64,000 bases of DNA, from assembly GCA_023920165.1 (NCBI GenBank), contig CP089276.1, positions 4,030,001-4,094,000 of the forward strand. Reading direction: 5' to 3'. A program made the translations under genes and the position numbers. Position 1 is the first letter of the stretch; every line of letters starts with the position of its first letter. Under the pieces are notes generated by a model. The model saw nothing but the letters and a program-made list of their open reading frames with translations, ran no database searches and was not told the origin of the DNA. This document shows, piece after piece, positions 47,048-62,827 of this stretch. This DNA comes from Curvularia clavata. Its lineage: Eukaryota.

Positions 47048-48719
47048 ATGGGCACCTTGACCGCAGACTGCCCACGCCTCGACATTCACTGCCCGCACAA
47101 GCTCGCCACCAGCTGTAGACTGACTTCCACGCCGAATTGCTGTGCCTGTGCTGACGAAAGAGTACATTCGCGCACGTACCGGGTATATATCGACGGAGTT
47201 GGTTTCGTAAATCGTGGGACAAGGTGGCAAGGCTACTGCTGGTTCTGTAAAGGTTAGAATGCCAACATGGTATTGCGGTATGTAATAGTGATCTGACACT
47301 CATCTAGAGTTCTGGAGCAATCGCCTCGCTGCCACCGACCCGCCGCTCGAGATTTCACAAACGCGCATACCAGAGATACCAGATCAGACCGAGTTCCTGG
47401 CGCGATGGTTTGAGTTCCACCAGGGATATCGGATTGCGAAGCTTCCAGACGGTACGGAACAACGCATAGCTGTTCTAGGAGAGCCATTCAGTGAGGTCAG
47501 TCCTGGCTTCCTGCCGCGGACGTTAGATCAGCTACGCACTGGCGTGGAGAACGATGCATCGAGACCAGAGAATCGGTTCAGCAGGAGAAGATTGACATCA
47601 GAGGAGGAGCGGCCAGAGCAGCCGCAGCAGAGCTTAGAGGATGCTTTGGATGATCTGCTTCAAGAGGCTGAAGAGACTCCGAATACAGGTCCAGCGGTTC
47701 CTGCAGAGCCAGAACCACTAGTGACTCCTCAGATACAGCAAGATCCTTCGGAACCGCCAAGGCCAATGACACGACGAGAGGCACAATTGCAACGCGCAAG
47801 GGAACGATTCGCGCGTGTCTTTGGCTCCCGCGAGGATTTGGAGCGGGAAGACTACGAATCACCACTTACACAAATGTACACGCGAGCGTATGACCGCCAT
47901 CGACAGGCTGAACAACGACGAGCGGAGGGAACGGAGGTTGCGCCTCAGCTCGAGGGCTTGTCACCGCAAGATCGGCGTGAAATTGAGGAGCAGTTACTTT
48001 GGGGCGTGATGCGGGAATCGCAGTCCATGTCGGAGAGCCTGGAGCCACCGACTGAGGTATGGAGCTATGAACCGCGGCGAAGAAACGAGGATGGCGAGGG
48101 GGGCGAAGACGCTGCCATAACCGAAATCCGCTGGTTACGCACCAGCGGACAAGTCAGTGTATCACCAGAGCGCATGGCCTTTTTCGAGAACGGTGGTACC
48201 GAAGGCAGGGAAGCGGCCCGGAGACTCGTGCTAGAGTATCGCCAGAGCCAAGTGCAAGAAGAAGCTCGCATACGTGCCCTTTTTGCCAATCCCAGCGGCG
48301 AATCTAGCTCCAGAGCCCCCGCAACACCAAGTTTCTGGTCGCAGGTTCGCCCTCAGTTCCCTATTCACCCGGACACCCAGACAATGGCTGAAATGCACAA
48401 TATACGTATGGACTTTGAGCAAGAGCTCGCTCGCATGCGGGCTGCTCGTCCGCCAGCACCACCACTCGCTTCGCTGGATAATCAGCCAGACCGACCAGCG
48501 CCAAAAACGGAAGAGGAAATGACAAAAGTACTGGCGTGCCAAGTGTGTTATCAGCAAGTGGCTGACATTGCTGTGCTGCCGTGCGGTCACATGGTCATGT
48601 GTCAGTGGTGCGCAGATGTCGTGGTGCCGATTCGACATGGCCATCTACCGCTGCGCCCAACCAAGTGTCCTATGTGTAGGAAGCAGGTGAAGCAGAGGTT
48701 CAAGATTCACACGGGATGA
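47048..48719 (+). CDS. RING-finger (C3HC4) E3 ligase-like protein
   Basis: N-terminal Cys-rich exon (NCCACAD..WQGYCWFCK|EFW), one intron at about 47252-47307, and C-terminal CQVC..LPCGHMVMCQWC..CPMC. Confidence 0.88.
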
Positions 48720-49305
48720 GGAGGTAAGTCATTGCCGGTTCGTAGCTTTGAGCTTGAGAGTATGTGTCAGTGTCAGTCTGGCAAGTGTATATTATATCGC
48801 AACATATCACAAGTCTATGTGAGACACATCGAAACGATACAATGCCCAGTTTAGAAAATGGAAAGATTACCAAGCATGGATTGAAGGGAACTTAGCTCGG
48901 CCTCTCCTCTCTGTATAGTTTCCATTCGAGCCCATGTTCAGTCTATGCTGTTACAATGGATCTGCATTTACTCGGCTCGGATTTATGCAGTCTTCTTCTC
49001 TCTCCTGCCAATGAAAGCCGAGGCTTTCCTCCCAAGAATTATGAATAGCTAGGTTACTGGAATTTTCCTCCAGGTCTTAGTTCCCAGGCAGAATCTAAGC
49101 TGGTTGCGCAATCAAAGCTCGTATAGAGCCTGTGGAGGCGTGTTCGAACGCTGGCTTAGGTCTATAGCTGAGCAACCATGGATATGTTCCCGCTTTTCAA
49201 ACGCTCCAGAGCCCAGACGAACGTCGCGCGCCTCGACCAGCGCTATGAGCTAGCAAATGTGAATTGCAGGAGCGCGTTCCTGAACACTGCAATAGTGTTT
49301 GCGCT

Positions 49306-49918
49306 TCAGAGGCCACCGTAGATGGCAAAGGAAGACAGGATGAGGACTAGGGTGTTAATGACAGCCCAAACAAACGGTATCCAGGTCGACATTTCAAAGT
49401 ACCCTGCTTGGTATACGCCTCCGAGACTAAGCTCTAGTCAGCACGCGTGTTCTTTCTCGCTCTTGAGATGGAGTTGTTCTGCTCACAGTCCGCCGACAAT
49501 GGCGCCAGAGACGAGCGCTTCAATGCCCCCGACAATGGTGAAAACGGGCAAGGCAATCCATATCAGTTTCCAGTTGCGCCATTGCACGCCGCATGCCCAC
49601 AGCGCAGTGATCAAGTGTATGCCGCCGACTAGAAGTAGCGTCCAGTAGACTGTGAAGCGTAGGATGTCGTCGGGACGGTAGAGGTAGAAGGACGGGTTTT
49701 TTTGCGGTGGAAGCGGCCAGTAGAGCGAGGGAAAGGGAGGGGTGGTGTAGCCCAGCGGTACGGCCGAGTCTACGCGTTGGATGAAGCTGGGGAATATCTC
49801 GTTAACTATCATGTCGGGGAAGCAGTTCAAGAAGCAGTCATGTCGGGTGCAGGGCAGGGGCTAGCTGCAGGAAAACTGGTAAATGTTGGCTAAGGGTTCA
49901 CGTCGAGACGCACCTCAT
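49306..49918 (-). CDS. TMEM170-like small integral membrane protein (three exons)
   Basis: 5-nt first exon ATGAG, intron 49913-49787, then FIQRVD..YTTPPFPSLYWP..DILRFTVYWTLLL..GGL|LGGVYQAGYFEMSTWIPFVW. Three hydrophobic segments. Confidence 0.8.
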
Positions 49919-50213
49919 CAAGGCGACATGGTGTGTTTCGCAGTCTGGGAGAAGGGTAGCCGGGGTCGTATGGCGCACGTGATTGGCTGGAACGCTCGTG
50001 GTTGAGAGCTCAACGCTCGTGACGTCGATCTACCAGTGAATGTCGACGACGGCTAGCGCCCGAGCTCGCAACCTCGGCTCGACGCGACAGACAGTCAACA
50101 CCCGACCCGGCGCCCTCGCATCGCATTGCATCGCATCGCATTCCACACCAAAACCTGACAAAGCCGCGAATGCGCCCGTTGCCGTAGCCTTTGACGGGCT
50201 ACTCGACTCCAAC

Positions 50214-52427
50214 ATGCCCGTCGATCGCCTCTTGTCGACGCTGCTGCGCTCGCTGCAGACATACACGGATCAGCAGGACACGCCGCGGTATGCATCTCAA
50301 CGTCTATGATAAACACCACGCAAACTGACAATCACAGCCTTCTGGGAACCGCGTCTTCACTGCTCACTACGCTCGGCAATCCGCACAATCTCAGTCTTCT
50401 GACCTCGCATCTCCTGACAGCCCCAGCACTATGGGACCGTCCCGACGGCGTCCGGACGCCCCTGCGCATGCTCTCCGTCTTCCACTCGGCAATCACAACA
50501 ATCATCAACCACCACAACGATGTGCGCTTCAACAAAGCGCCAAAGCCCGCGCCTGGCCAGATCCCCACAGGAGGAGGACTGTCGCTCGATGAGTGGGTGC
50601 GCGCCGTAGTCGCGGGCGCAGATGACCGCAGTCGACGATGGAGGCACCTGGTTGTCCTAGGGGGCCTGCTGATTGGCATTGGCAGTCTGGAAGAGCAAGG
50701 CATGGATCTGTACTGGGCGGCCGCCATGAGAAAGAGAGTAGAAGGTGCACTCGTCCGAGCAACCAATCTGGCCCTGGTTGAAGTGAGGGAACGCTCCGAG
50801 GCCGACGGACTAGGAGGCCACACAATAACACTGGTGCTCAACCATGCTTTTGGCTGTATTGGCGACTTGGAGAGAACGCAGATTGACTATGACAAACTGC
50901 TTCCCGTGCTCATTGGAACGGCATTCTACTCCAACGAAGGATTCCAATCGGCCTACTTCCTTGGGGGCTTGGATCTGGATGTGAGGAAAACGAAGTCAGG
51001 AAAACTGGACTGGAGTGTAAGTGTATAGCAAGTAACATAAAGCATCTTGCGCTGACTGAATATAGGCACACTCAAGCTCCTACAGGCAAGTCGAGGTCAT
51101 CATGAACAGACCGTTGGTGGCCTCAATGGGTCCTCTGTCGCGCCTGATTGCGCATGCGGTCGAGAACGTCAAGAACCCCTGGATCATCCAGACCATGATG
51201 GACGATCTCGCGAGTTTCTCTCGCGCCCTCACGACGCAGTGGCGGCAGAACAAGTTCTCTGCCATTGAACCTGCCGATGAAGCAGCTAGCCTAGAAGACG
51301 AAGCGCTTCACAAGACTACACCGCAGTTGTGGAACCTTCTCAAGGCTGCCTTGTTTGCGACGACCATCATTCTCCGCGGCGTCTTCACACGAACACTGGC
51401 TGACAGGGCACTTGCTGCGGATGCTGTTGCCCCACTGCTCGCAGCCCAGGCCTTGCAGACACTGCGCCATCTCTACTTCATCACCTCGAGGCTAGGCCCT
51501 GCCTCCTTCTCACAGCATACCTTTGTGTACCTTACGGCTATTGATATTCTAGCCGCTTACCCTAATCACGTCGACAAATTCCTCAAAACAATCGCTTCCC
51601 AACATCTTGGCAAGATCCCAAGCCACCCTCTCGACCGCATCCTAGATCTCTACTTTCTCAACACATCGGAGCATTTCACCCTAGTACTCTCACCAGCCAC
51701 TAACGAGGACCTACTTGTAGCATCAGCTGTGCCTTACCTTGCGGCTGGAGAGAACCGTCACATGTTACCCATATTCGAGGCGGCGCACAGTGTGATGCTC
51801 GCGGTTCTCTCTGCACCCCAATCAGCAGAAATCACAGCAAAGCATCTCCCTTTCTACATTGACGCTTTGTTCGGCGTCTTCCCTCACAACCTGACACCCC
51901 GTCAGTTCCGCCTTGCGTTCAAAACACTCATGCGCGTCACGGCGCCTCCGTCTCCACTCTCAGCAACACACCCAGATCTTCCGGCTACCCTGCTCGAAAT
52001 CGTTTACCACCGAGCCCTCAATGCTCCCACAGAACCCCTTCCACTCGACTCAGTCGCCATCGCACTCCAAGGCTCAGATGACCCGCCGCCTGCACTCTCA
52101 GAACAGGCTGTCCTCGCACTTACCCTCCTCGACGCCCTGCCCTTTCTCCCCATTCTTTTGCTAGAGGAATGGCTTCCCTTGTGCGCCGAGCTCCTGAACC
52201 AGATTCACGACGACGAGATGCGCGAAAATGTCAAGAGACGCTTCTGGGAGGTGCTAGTTAGTGGAGAAATGGACCCTGAACGCAGCAGCGTTGCGGTGAA
52301 TTGGTGGACGACTTTGGGGGGCAGAGATAGAGTGCTTTTTGGCAGGGAGGAGGGCGCGTTGAATTTTATGAGTGGTGCGCTGCCAGTTGAGGAGGAGCCG
52401 CGGAATGTGCGTGAGAGTAAACTGTAG
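50214..52427 (+). CDS. PEX8: Peroxin Pex8
   Basis: MPVDRLLSTLLRSLQ, LGNPHNLSLLTSHLLTAPALW, FEAAHSVMLAV, PRQFRLAF, and C-terminal PTS1 SKL. Two introns. Confidence 0.92.
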
Positions 52428-52886
52428 TAGTGTGTTGTAGATGCTTATGATACCCATCTTTTCCTGAAATACTTGGACACGCAGCATGTGTTTTTGTGTC
52501 ACGCTTTGGTTGAGTCTTGTAAGATGATGTGTTTTATTCTGTCGAGCAGCTTTTTCGTCTATGACTATTCATGTTACTACAACCAACCAGCACCAGCAAT
52601 AAAACAATCAAGCTCAACTTTGCATAGTGGTACCCTTGTAGTTCCGATACCGACGCTGATCGTCTTCCCTGACGTGGCCGAGCGTGATGGCTGGTACTCT
52701 GAGGATAGCCCCACTAGGTTCTCAAAATCGTATGTTATTCATGGAGTATTTGGGTTTAAAAGCTAGCCCTCCGATACTGAATATTATAAGGTAATGAAAT
52801 TCTTGGAGGAACCTTCTCTATCATTGAGATAACATGAAGCAGTTGAGTCTGTTGCTCATCTGGAAAGCGCAACCGAAGATGTGAAA

Positions 52887-55441
52887 TCATGTCTGATGGT
52901 CGTTCACGTCTTGAGTCGTTCCTCTCGTGCCTCCCGTTCCTACTGTTCCTCTTGTTTGTTCTTCTCGTTCCTCTCGTTCGATTCTCTCAATCAGCTCGAT
53001 CCTCTCCCCCTCTCGCTCCTCCTGTTTCTGGTAATCCTTCTTGCGGGGATACATGATGAAGTACGCTACCAGAAGAGCAAAGAGTATCACAACGACTGAT
53101 ATCGGACCTAAAATCTCGGCGGGTTAGCTTGGTCTCGCAACATATTGGTTCCTTAACTGGTGCTAATCATTCAGGAAAGAACGCACCAGCTATTCTCCAA
53201 AGCTCACTGGATGTTGGGTTCTTATCATCTCCAGTCATTTCCGATACATTCTGGCCGAAGTATGAAGTGAAGAATGAGAGAGGGAGCTAGATGAGTTAGC
53301 AGGGCGTCATGTGCCTGAATGAGCTAGAACTGACGAATATGATTGTAACAATTGTGAACAACATGACGGCCTTTCCTTGCTTGGTTGTTGCACGGGCTTC
53401 AGTCAAACTGGCGGCTTTTTGCTCCAGATCAAGCAACTCGATAAGCTACCGAAACATTTAGCGACGATGTTTTTCTTGGGAATGTACTGAGGAACTCAGA
53501 GGGTCAGGTTACAGACCATGTCATGTGTCCGCGCCGCATCCATGCGGAGTCTCTCAAGATTAGACTTCTTGACATTTAGCTTGCGCTCAGCTTCTTGAAT
53601 TAGAATACCAGCATTGCCACTTATTGCCCGAACACCTTGAAAGGTTCCTTCGTTGGAGATGTGCAGAGCTTCTAGCGTCACATCGTTCAGAACTAGCTTG
53701 TTGGGGATATCTCCAGAGTTTGACAAGTGGATATCGTTCACCAGGCTGTTCATTATTGTGACGAGATTTGCTCCCTCGCCTCCTGTTGTAGGCTCCATAG
53801 GTTTGAAGCGATAGATCTGTCCCTGTAGCGAAGTCAATACGTCGAATTGGTTCTCCAGCAGACGTAGCAGCATATTAAGCTCATCAAGGATATCTGCCAC
53901 TTGTAGTGTCAGATTCAGCTCCTTGATTCCTTCAACTGCAATTTGTTCTGCGTCACGAGCAGACTGTCTTTCGCTGAACTTCTGGAGTTCCTCAGTGTGA
54001 CGGGCTGTCTGTACGGATGTTGAATCAGCTGCGCCTTCAGAATCTACTTTGCAAAACAAATTTTGGAGTTTCTTTTACCTTGATTGCAATCGCCCATCTG
54101 TATATAGCTATTAGGTCTACGAACTGGCCGTTGTCTTCAGTGAAAACATTGGTCACGCTGTGCATGACCAGAAGAGCAGTCAGATCGAACAGGTCCTGGC
54201 ACTTCCTTGTCTCAGCCCTCACCGAGGTCATGACATCAGCGTATCGTGTTCCATTAGCCGCGTTTTGCAAGAACGGCGTATGATCGGATGGAAAGCATGA
54301 GACTAGAGTTGCTGCTAACGTTGTCAATTATGGGCAAATGAAAGAGTCGATGGCATGCTCGAAGAGGAAACATCGGCTGTGAGCAAGGACAGCCAACAAG
54401 AAGGAATTGTACTCACTGCTATCCAGAGCCCAGACCCAGAGCTGATCCACCATTATGACATAGCTATCATCTGCTGCCTCTTTTCTTCCGTCAAAACCTG
54501 GGTTTGCACCCGTCCATTTTGACACAGTTTGTCCAGCATCCCGATATGTCGTGTTTAACAGTCCAGTGTAGAAGAATTGATCTAATGTCCTTCTCGGGTG
54601 CCATGAAGGGGTTCTGTTGGCTGTTGTATTTCTGTCAGTAGCTGTATTTCTGTCAGTAGCTGTGTTTCTGTTCGTCACTGTGTTTCTTCTGTTGGTCAAG
54701 GTGTTTCCGTTGACTGCCGTGTTTCTGTTGATTGCCGTGTGTGGTTGATGGTCAATGTTTCGAAACACTTCCCAACTCAAGTACGGAAGCTACAAACAGC
54801 TCATAATTAGTGATGCATCCGCATGAGTATTTTCTACAATATTATGCGATCTTGTCGAGGCAAATTTTCGGAAATTTGAGACGTACGTATAGTGTGAAGG
54901 ACGGTTGTACGGCGGGATTTTCTCCTTCGGTTGTTTCCCCCGCGGTATGCATCTGGAACGATGGCTCCATGAAGCGGGCATGGGGCGGGACAATATCTCT
55001 TGGAATAGATGACGTTGGTCGAAGTTTGTGTCGCCACGTATTTGGGAGGGGCTGTGCCTGTTCTCCCCCAACCAAGATTCTGACACAGTCCTACATCTCG
55101 GTTTTTGATAAGCCATCTTACATCAATGCAACTGTATTTAGGGTACAATCGTCATATTACCTCAACACAACTAGTATCATTTATGGGTATGTGGATCCAT
55201 CGAAATTTGGTACCCTCTGTTCTGAACCGAGCTGCTGTAGGATCATATCCCGGTGCTCGAAGGGCATTGATGTTTATACTTGGTTTTTCGTGCACGCGCG
55301 AAGGTGTAAAATCATGGATATGCACGAAACTGAATTAGAGTGAAGAAATAAGCCCGGGCTAAAGTCAAGTTGATGGTATATGAGTACACCTCAGCCATGA
55401 AAAGAAACTTACTTTTGCTCTTGAGTGTTTTCTTCTGGCAT
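52887..55441 (-). CDS. Fungal CorA-like (2-TM-GxN) membrane protein, multi-exon
   Basis: Spliced motifs FRWIHIP, PHARFMEP, LY|LPYLSWE, HPRRTLDQFFY, IMVDQLWVW, LEQKAASLTEA and QGKAVMLFTIVTIIF|LPLSFFTSYFGQN, plus a second TM segment. Confidence 0.85.
54610..54740 (-). repeat. Degenerate 18-nt coding tandem repeat (NRNTAT units)
   Basis: TGTATTTCTGTCAGTAGC-type units on the + strand. The protein reads AINRNTAVNGNTLTNRRNTVTNRNTATDRNTATDRNTTANRT. Confidence 0.85.
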
Positions 55442-56920
55442 CGTAGTTCCAAGAGGTGATGTAGAGAGACAGGTTAGTGTCCAGCTGGGGCTCACACTGT
55501 TTATGTCTGACTCTGAGTAAGTGACTTCCGGATAAGGTCCAGCCGTCTATGTGTCTAAACTCAGAAGTAGAAAGCGCCTACGGATCTTTACGAATACGGA
55601 TAGATGTGGCTTATTGGTACGACTTTGAATCCAGGTCTCGTTGGCCACTTTGCAGGGCTGTAGCTGTAGCCTCGCTTACCCTAGTCGCAGGTAGAACATT
55701 GACCATTAAGGCTTTCGAGTACCCATATCTAGGATTACCTTCATATGCGGCTGAAATAAAGGGAAAGCAGATTTATCTCACTTGGATGCAAGGGAAGTGA
55801 GCCCAGTAAAAATAAAGGTTTCGTGAATGTCTCATTTCGATGCTCTGCTTACACTGCGAATCTGTATGTTTGTCAGACTTGGATGATGATACTAACGGCC
55901 TGAAGACGGGTGGAGCTTTGATAGCTGATAGCTGATCTGGCTGTTCGAATGCTCTAGGTAGCCATTCTTGCTACGTTGATGTTACGTACGCCATTCGACA
56001 AGGGCTAAGTTGTAATGTGACTTGGACTTGAGACCCAAGAACAGCCCTCGGATCCCCATCGGGTAATTTTTAGGCTAGTAGGGCTAACAACATGCATAGT
56101 ATTAAGCTCCTATCTAATTCTTAGGATGAACCCTAAGAATTCGTCGGAATACCATTCTAGAATTCTTGCTCCTAACTGCCAAACCTCCCACATAAACACA
56201 GATAAGCAAATAACAAGCACTTTACCCCACCAAACGAAAAGCAAAACAAGATCGCCCCACCAAAGCATCCAATCTCATCAAGCCTTATTTTTTATTTCAT
56301 TTTCCTATCTTATCCTAATTCATATACATGCCCCCACTATGCAGCCATTACTCCCAAAAAAAGGCTTTCTTTGCACCAAGTTCACCAAACCCTTATGAGC
56401 CCCAGAAAAATGGTAGAAAGAGAAAAGAAAAGGTATATAGTATGGATATCAATTCAACCCCCCCTCAACAAAGTGAACAAGACGGAGAAAAGTCGAAGGA
56501 AACCGGAGCGAAGGTAAGAAAATAAGCCACCGCAACAAGAAGCGGAAAAAGGAAGAAAAAAAAGGACAAAAAGTAAAAATAGAAGAAAGCGGGGGGATGG
56601 AAAAAACGACCATGGCACATGCGACCCCACGATGCATGCTTGCTTGCATGCATGCATGTAGTATGCACGATATGCGTAGTAGTTCACCGCCACACCCCCG
56701 ATCGTGTGGAAACCCCCTCGTATGAAACGCCCCTCATGAACGAAAAGAGATAGGCTTACGATGCACATGGGATATACAAAACATGTCTTGACAACACGTG
56801 TATGTGTGGGCGGCGGATCACCTTTGTGACGCCTTAAGTTAAGTTAAGAAAAGAAAAGAAGAAAGAAGACGGCGAAGAAGAAGAACTCAGCGTTTCAATG
56901 GTACTCCGCGACGCCACACA

Positions 56921-59148
<2,228 letters not shown>

Positions 59149-59776
59149 TAGTCGTCGGTCTGCAGTCTGCGGGTAGTGCTAAACATGGACGTGCGCCTGT
59201 TCTGGCATCCCTTAGCGTCCCTCATGGCCGGCCATGGCTTGCGTCCAGCCTTGGGGATGCCGCCACACTAGAACAGAACCGGCCGTCCATCCTGATAACC
59301 TTTGCAGAAGCAATAGTCTCGGCCTCTCCTTCTCTGCCTCTGACTCTTGTTTCCTCTAGCCTACCATGCGCCGCTGCGGCTCTCGTGGCCGCCATCCACG
59401 CAATTTCCCGGCTACCTGTCTTTGTCAGCCCGTGACCGCGACCCCTTTTACCTTTTCCCACAGCCCGTAAACAACAACTACTGCTGCTGCTTTTAAACGT
59501 GGCAATGCAGCGTTGTTTTGTACACCACCATTTTGCAGTTGCACCGGTTGTGCCAGAGGCAGCCCAAGACCATCCGTGAGACTATCCGATTCATTCATTG
59601 GTTATCATACACGACCCCGTCGAAAACAAAACAAAAGAGCACACTGGCCTGAATGAACCCTATCGCGCTAACTCAGCCTTCCTTCTTCCACGAGCCCAAG
59701 CGCCGGTTCCTTTTGATCCCTCCGATCGGGACATGGCCAATCTCAACAGACACCCACTCTCTCAACCAAGCAAAGC

Positions 59777-62700
59777 TCACTTGGCCTGTCCGTGGTTGTT
59801 GAACGGGTAGTTCTGGTCAGAAGAGCCCGGAGAGTAGCTGCAAGAAGAGTAAGTGCCAGGGTATCCGGCGTTGTAGTGGTAAGGGTTCGTTGGGTATGCA
59901 GGGCGATCTTCTTTGTTATTGCGGCCAAGATATCCAGGACGCACAGTCCACTGATGACCATTCTGATACCCAAGACGGCCATCGCCTTGACCGTCCATAC
60001 CCGTCATCATGCTGCGGTGATCGTGCACGTTGCCTAGCTCAGAGCCAGAACCATGGTTACCAACAAAGCCCTGAGCCTGACCTCTATTCGGACTACTGTG
60101 CTGGCCGCTAGCACTGTATCGCTGACTAGTCCTGTCCTCTGCTGCCTTCTGTTCGGACGCTTTTTGCAAAGCCTGTATCATCTGCTTCATCTCTTTGATT
60201 TCTGCTTCCATGCTTGCCATCTTTGCGCTCTGCTCGGCAAGAGTGTTCGGAATGGCTTCCTTGACACTAGCCTTGAGTGCATCCAGCGTAGCATGGATAT
60301 GGTCCTGCTTGGCGGCAATGCCATCTACACAGCTCATGCCTTGGCGTAGGTGAGTGGTATCCTGTTTGACTGCATCCAACTCGAGTTTGACTTGATCAAA
60401 GCGCTTGTTGATCAACTCAGTCGAGTGATTGTGCTTCACCTGGGACAAGTCCTTGTTCTGCTTATGGAACGAATCCAGAAGATCCCACGTTGTCTTGCCG
60501 ACCACGTCCAGGTGCTCGTTTGTCATGTAGAAATGGTCGTCGATGCTCCTAGTCGGAACTGGACGCGGAAGGGGATGCGGGAGCGGGCCGAACGAACCAT
60601 TCATAGCCATGGGTGCGTGTGCCGGATGCATAGGTGCTGGCGCTTTGTGCAACGGACTAGGAACAGCGCTGGGGCAGAGAGGTCGGAAGTCACTGTGCGA
60701 CAGATTGGGACTGACGGCATGCAGCATATCGGTGAGCCGTGAACAAGAATCGTCGGTATGGGGAGGGCCATCATGGTTCTCGCTCTGTGGCGTCGAATTG
60801 GGCTGGTTGTTGATACGAAGCTCTTGCATGACACGCTTCGTGATTGTGGTATCATGTTGCATGTCTTCCTCCCTGGCAAGCTTCTGCTGCCGTTCGAGTT
60901 CGAGTGCATTGGGTGAGTCTGGATCAGTGTCCCTTGGGTCTCCTTGAAACACCATTGGGTTGACGCCCGTACGCGGGTTGTCTGGTGAATTCTGGGGAGA
61001 CGGCGACTCGGAAGGAATTGTGTACAGCAGGCGGCCTTTGTCAGTCTAGAAGGTATCGTTAGCGTTGATCGATGAGACAGTCGCCGTGACCAAGGGAGAG
61101 TGGGGCAACGAGGTATAGGTGAGTGCGCGTCAGGCGAACTGCGGTGAAGGCAAACGGGGTAGACTCACATTCTTGGACGGCGTCTCGCCCTTTCGAAAGC
61201 CGAGGGCGGGAGGATGCTTGGGAGAATAGAAGTGAGGTTTGAGCGGGCTGAAGCTCTTCTGCTCGCGAATACCACTTGGACCGTTGTCGCTTTTGCTGCC
61301 CAGAGGAGGAAGCTGCGGTCTCTTGAGGTGACTGCCATCTACGAGAGCACTGCGCTTGCCTTCCGATGGAACACTAAGCTCCATCTGCTTCAGGCAGTCA
61401 TTACGCTTGTCTTCCGCCCTATTCAAGGAATCATTACGTGCTGGGAACCGCGATGCCGGCTCTTCGTCTTTGGTCTGCTTCAGCGAAACCCTACGCCTAA
61501 AATACTCATGTGGCGGCAACTTACCAGTGAGCCTTTCGTAGGTTTCTGCGTGATAAGGAATAAACTTTGAAGGGCTGTCGGGGTCACTCTCAGACACGAC
61601 CTCCGGGGTTGATGGCGCAGACCGGCCCAAGTCTGGAATCTCCACCAGCATATTCCCCTCGATCTCCGCGTCGTAGCTCTGACGAAGGTCGTGGGCTGGG
61701 CCAACTCGACGGAGTGGACTGCCAGTCCTTGGATACGGCGGTGTATCCTTGGCGGGCGGTGTCGGTGGGATCGACTCTTGGGATTCTTTGACATGAACAA
61801 CTGGAATGATATGTCTAGTGTCGGACGACTGCTTGTTCAAACCATCCCTGCTGGGTGAGCTGTGTCTATCACCGGTACGAGGGCGTCGAAGCGAGCCCTT
61901 TTCGTGATAATCGTCATGGTTGGCAAAGTCTGGCATTGACTTTGAGTGAAGAGGCCATTCAACTTCAGGCACAGGGGGCAGTGCCGGTTTGATGGGACGG
62001 GCTTCAATCACCTGAGGCTGCCGCTCTGCTTCGCCCAGTATCTGTGCTGCTTTGGATGGCATCAGTACTGGTACTGCAGTGCTAAAAGGCGATGGTATCG
62101 TGCCAGAGGACTTGGAGAAAGCATTGCGAAGATTTTGAAAAAGCTTCTTCTTGGGACTCTTGGAGGCCTCTTCTAGAGCTGGCTGCTCGTCTTTATTGGC
62201 AGCCCGACACTGTGGCCGCAGGTCTACGGTTCTGATGTAGACCTCATCCTCCCTCAAGTCACCTGCGGTCCTTTAATAACAATGCTGTGGAATGAGGATC
62301 CTGCACTTACCATTACCTGGAGTGGGCGGAATCTGCCCAGTCAACTTGAACAGGTTCCTCTCAGACCGTGACTCAATCTCGCCTCGAGCCGTTAGCTCGT
62401 CGAGGGCTTCAAGTTCTGCCTGAGCGGCCACGGCACTCTGCTGACTGCGACCTGATCGCTTTGAGCGCGTCGTGGAGCCATGAGAGCTGCCTGTAACAGA
62501 TCCGTAATCCGACTTCTGAGAAGATGAAGCAATCTTCTGTTCCATGACATTGGTAAGCTCAGTCACGGCGTTGCGGCCCTTACCAGAACCCGAGTGCGGA
62601 AGATGTATCTCAGCCGGATCTACAGGCGTAGTCACTGAACTGGCTCCGACAGACCGCTGTCCCTGATGGGTGGCATTGGAAGAATTCTGAGCATATTGCG

Positions 62701-62827
62701 GTCGCTTCTCATGGTCTGCATATTGAGCATTGGCTGGCAGCTCTGTAAGCTGCTGCCGCTGCTGTGAAAGTGAGGGGTTGTTGGTAGGGAGAGGGGGAGG
62801 ACGCTTGCCTCGCGGATTAGACGACAT
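59777..62827 (-). CDS. Hypothetical low-complexity protein with a C-terminal coiled coil (three exons)
   Basis: Three long same-strand ORFs separated by intron-like gaps (about 62311-62263 and 61169-61047). Conserved-looking blocks ESRSERNLFKLTGQIPPTP and IDDHFYMTNEHLDVVGKTTWD. Confidence 0.75.

Noticed and set aside
50117..50142. (TCGCA)n repeat upstream of PEX8 and TGCA repeats near 56630-56660
   Set aside because: Ordinary short microsatellites in UTR or intergenic DNA.
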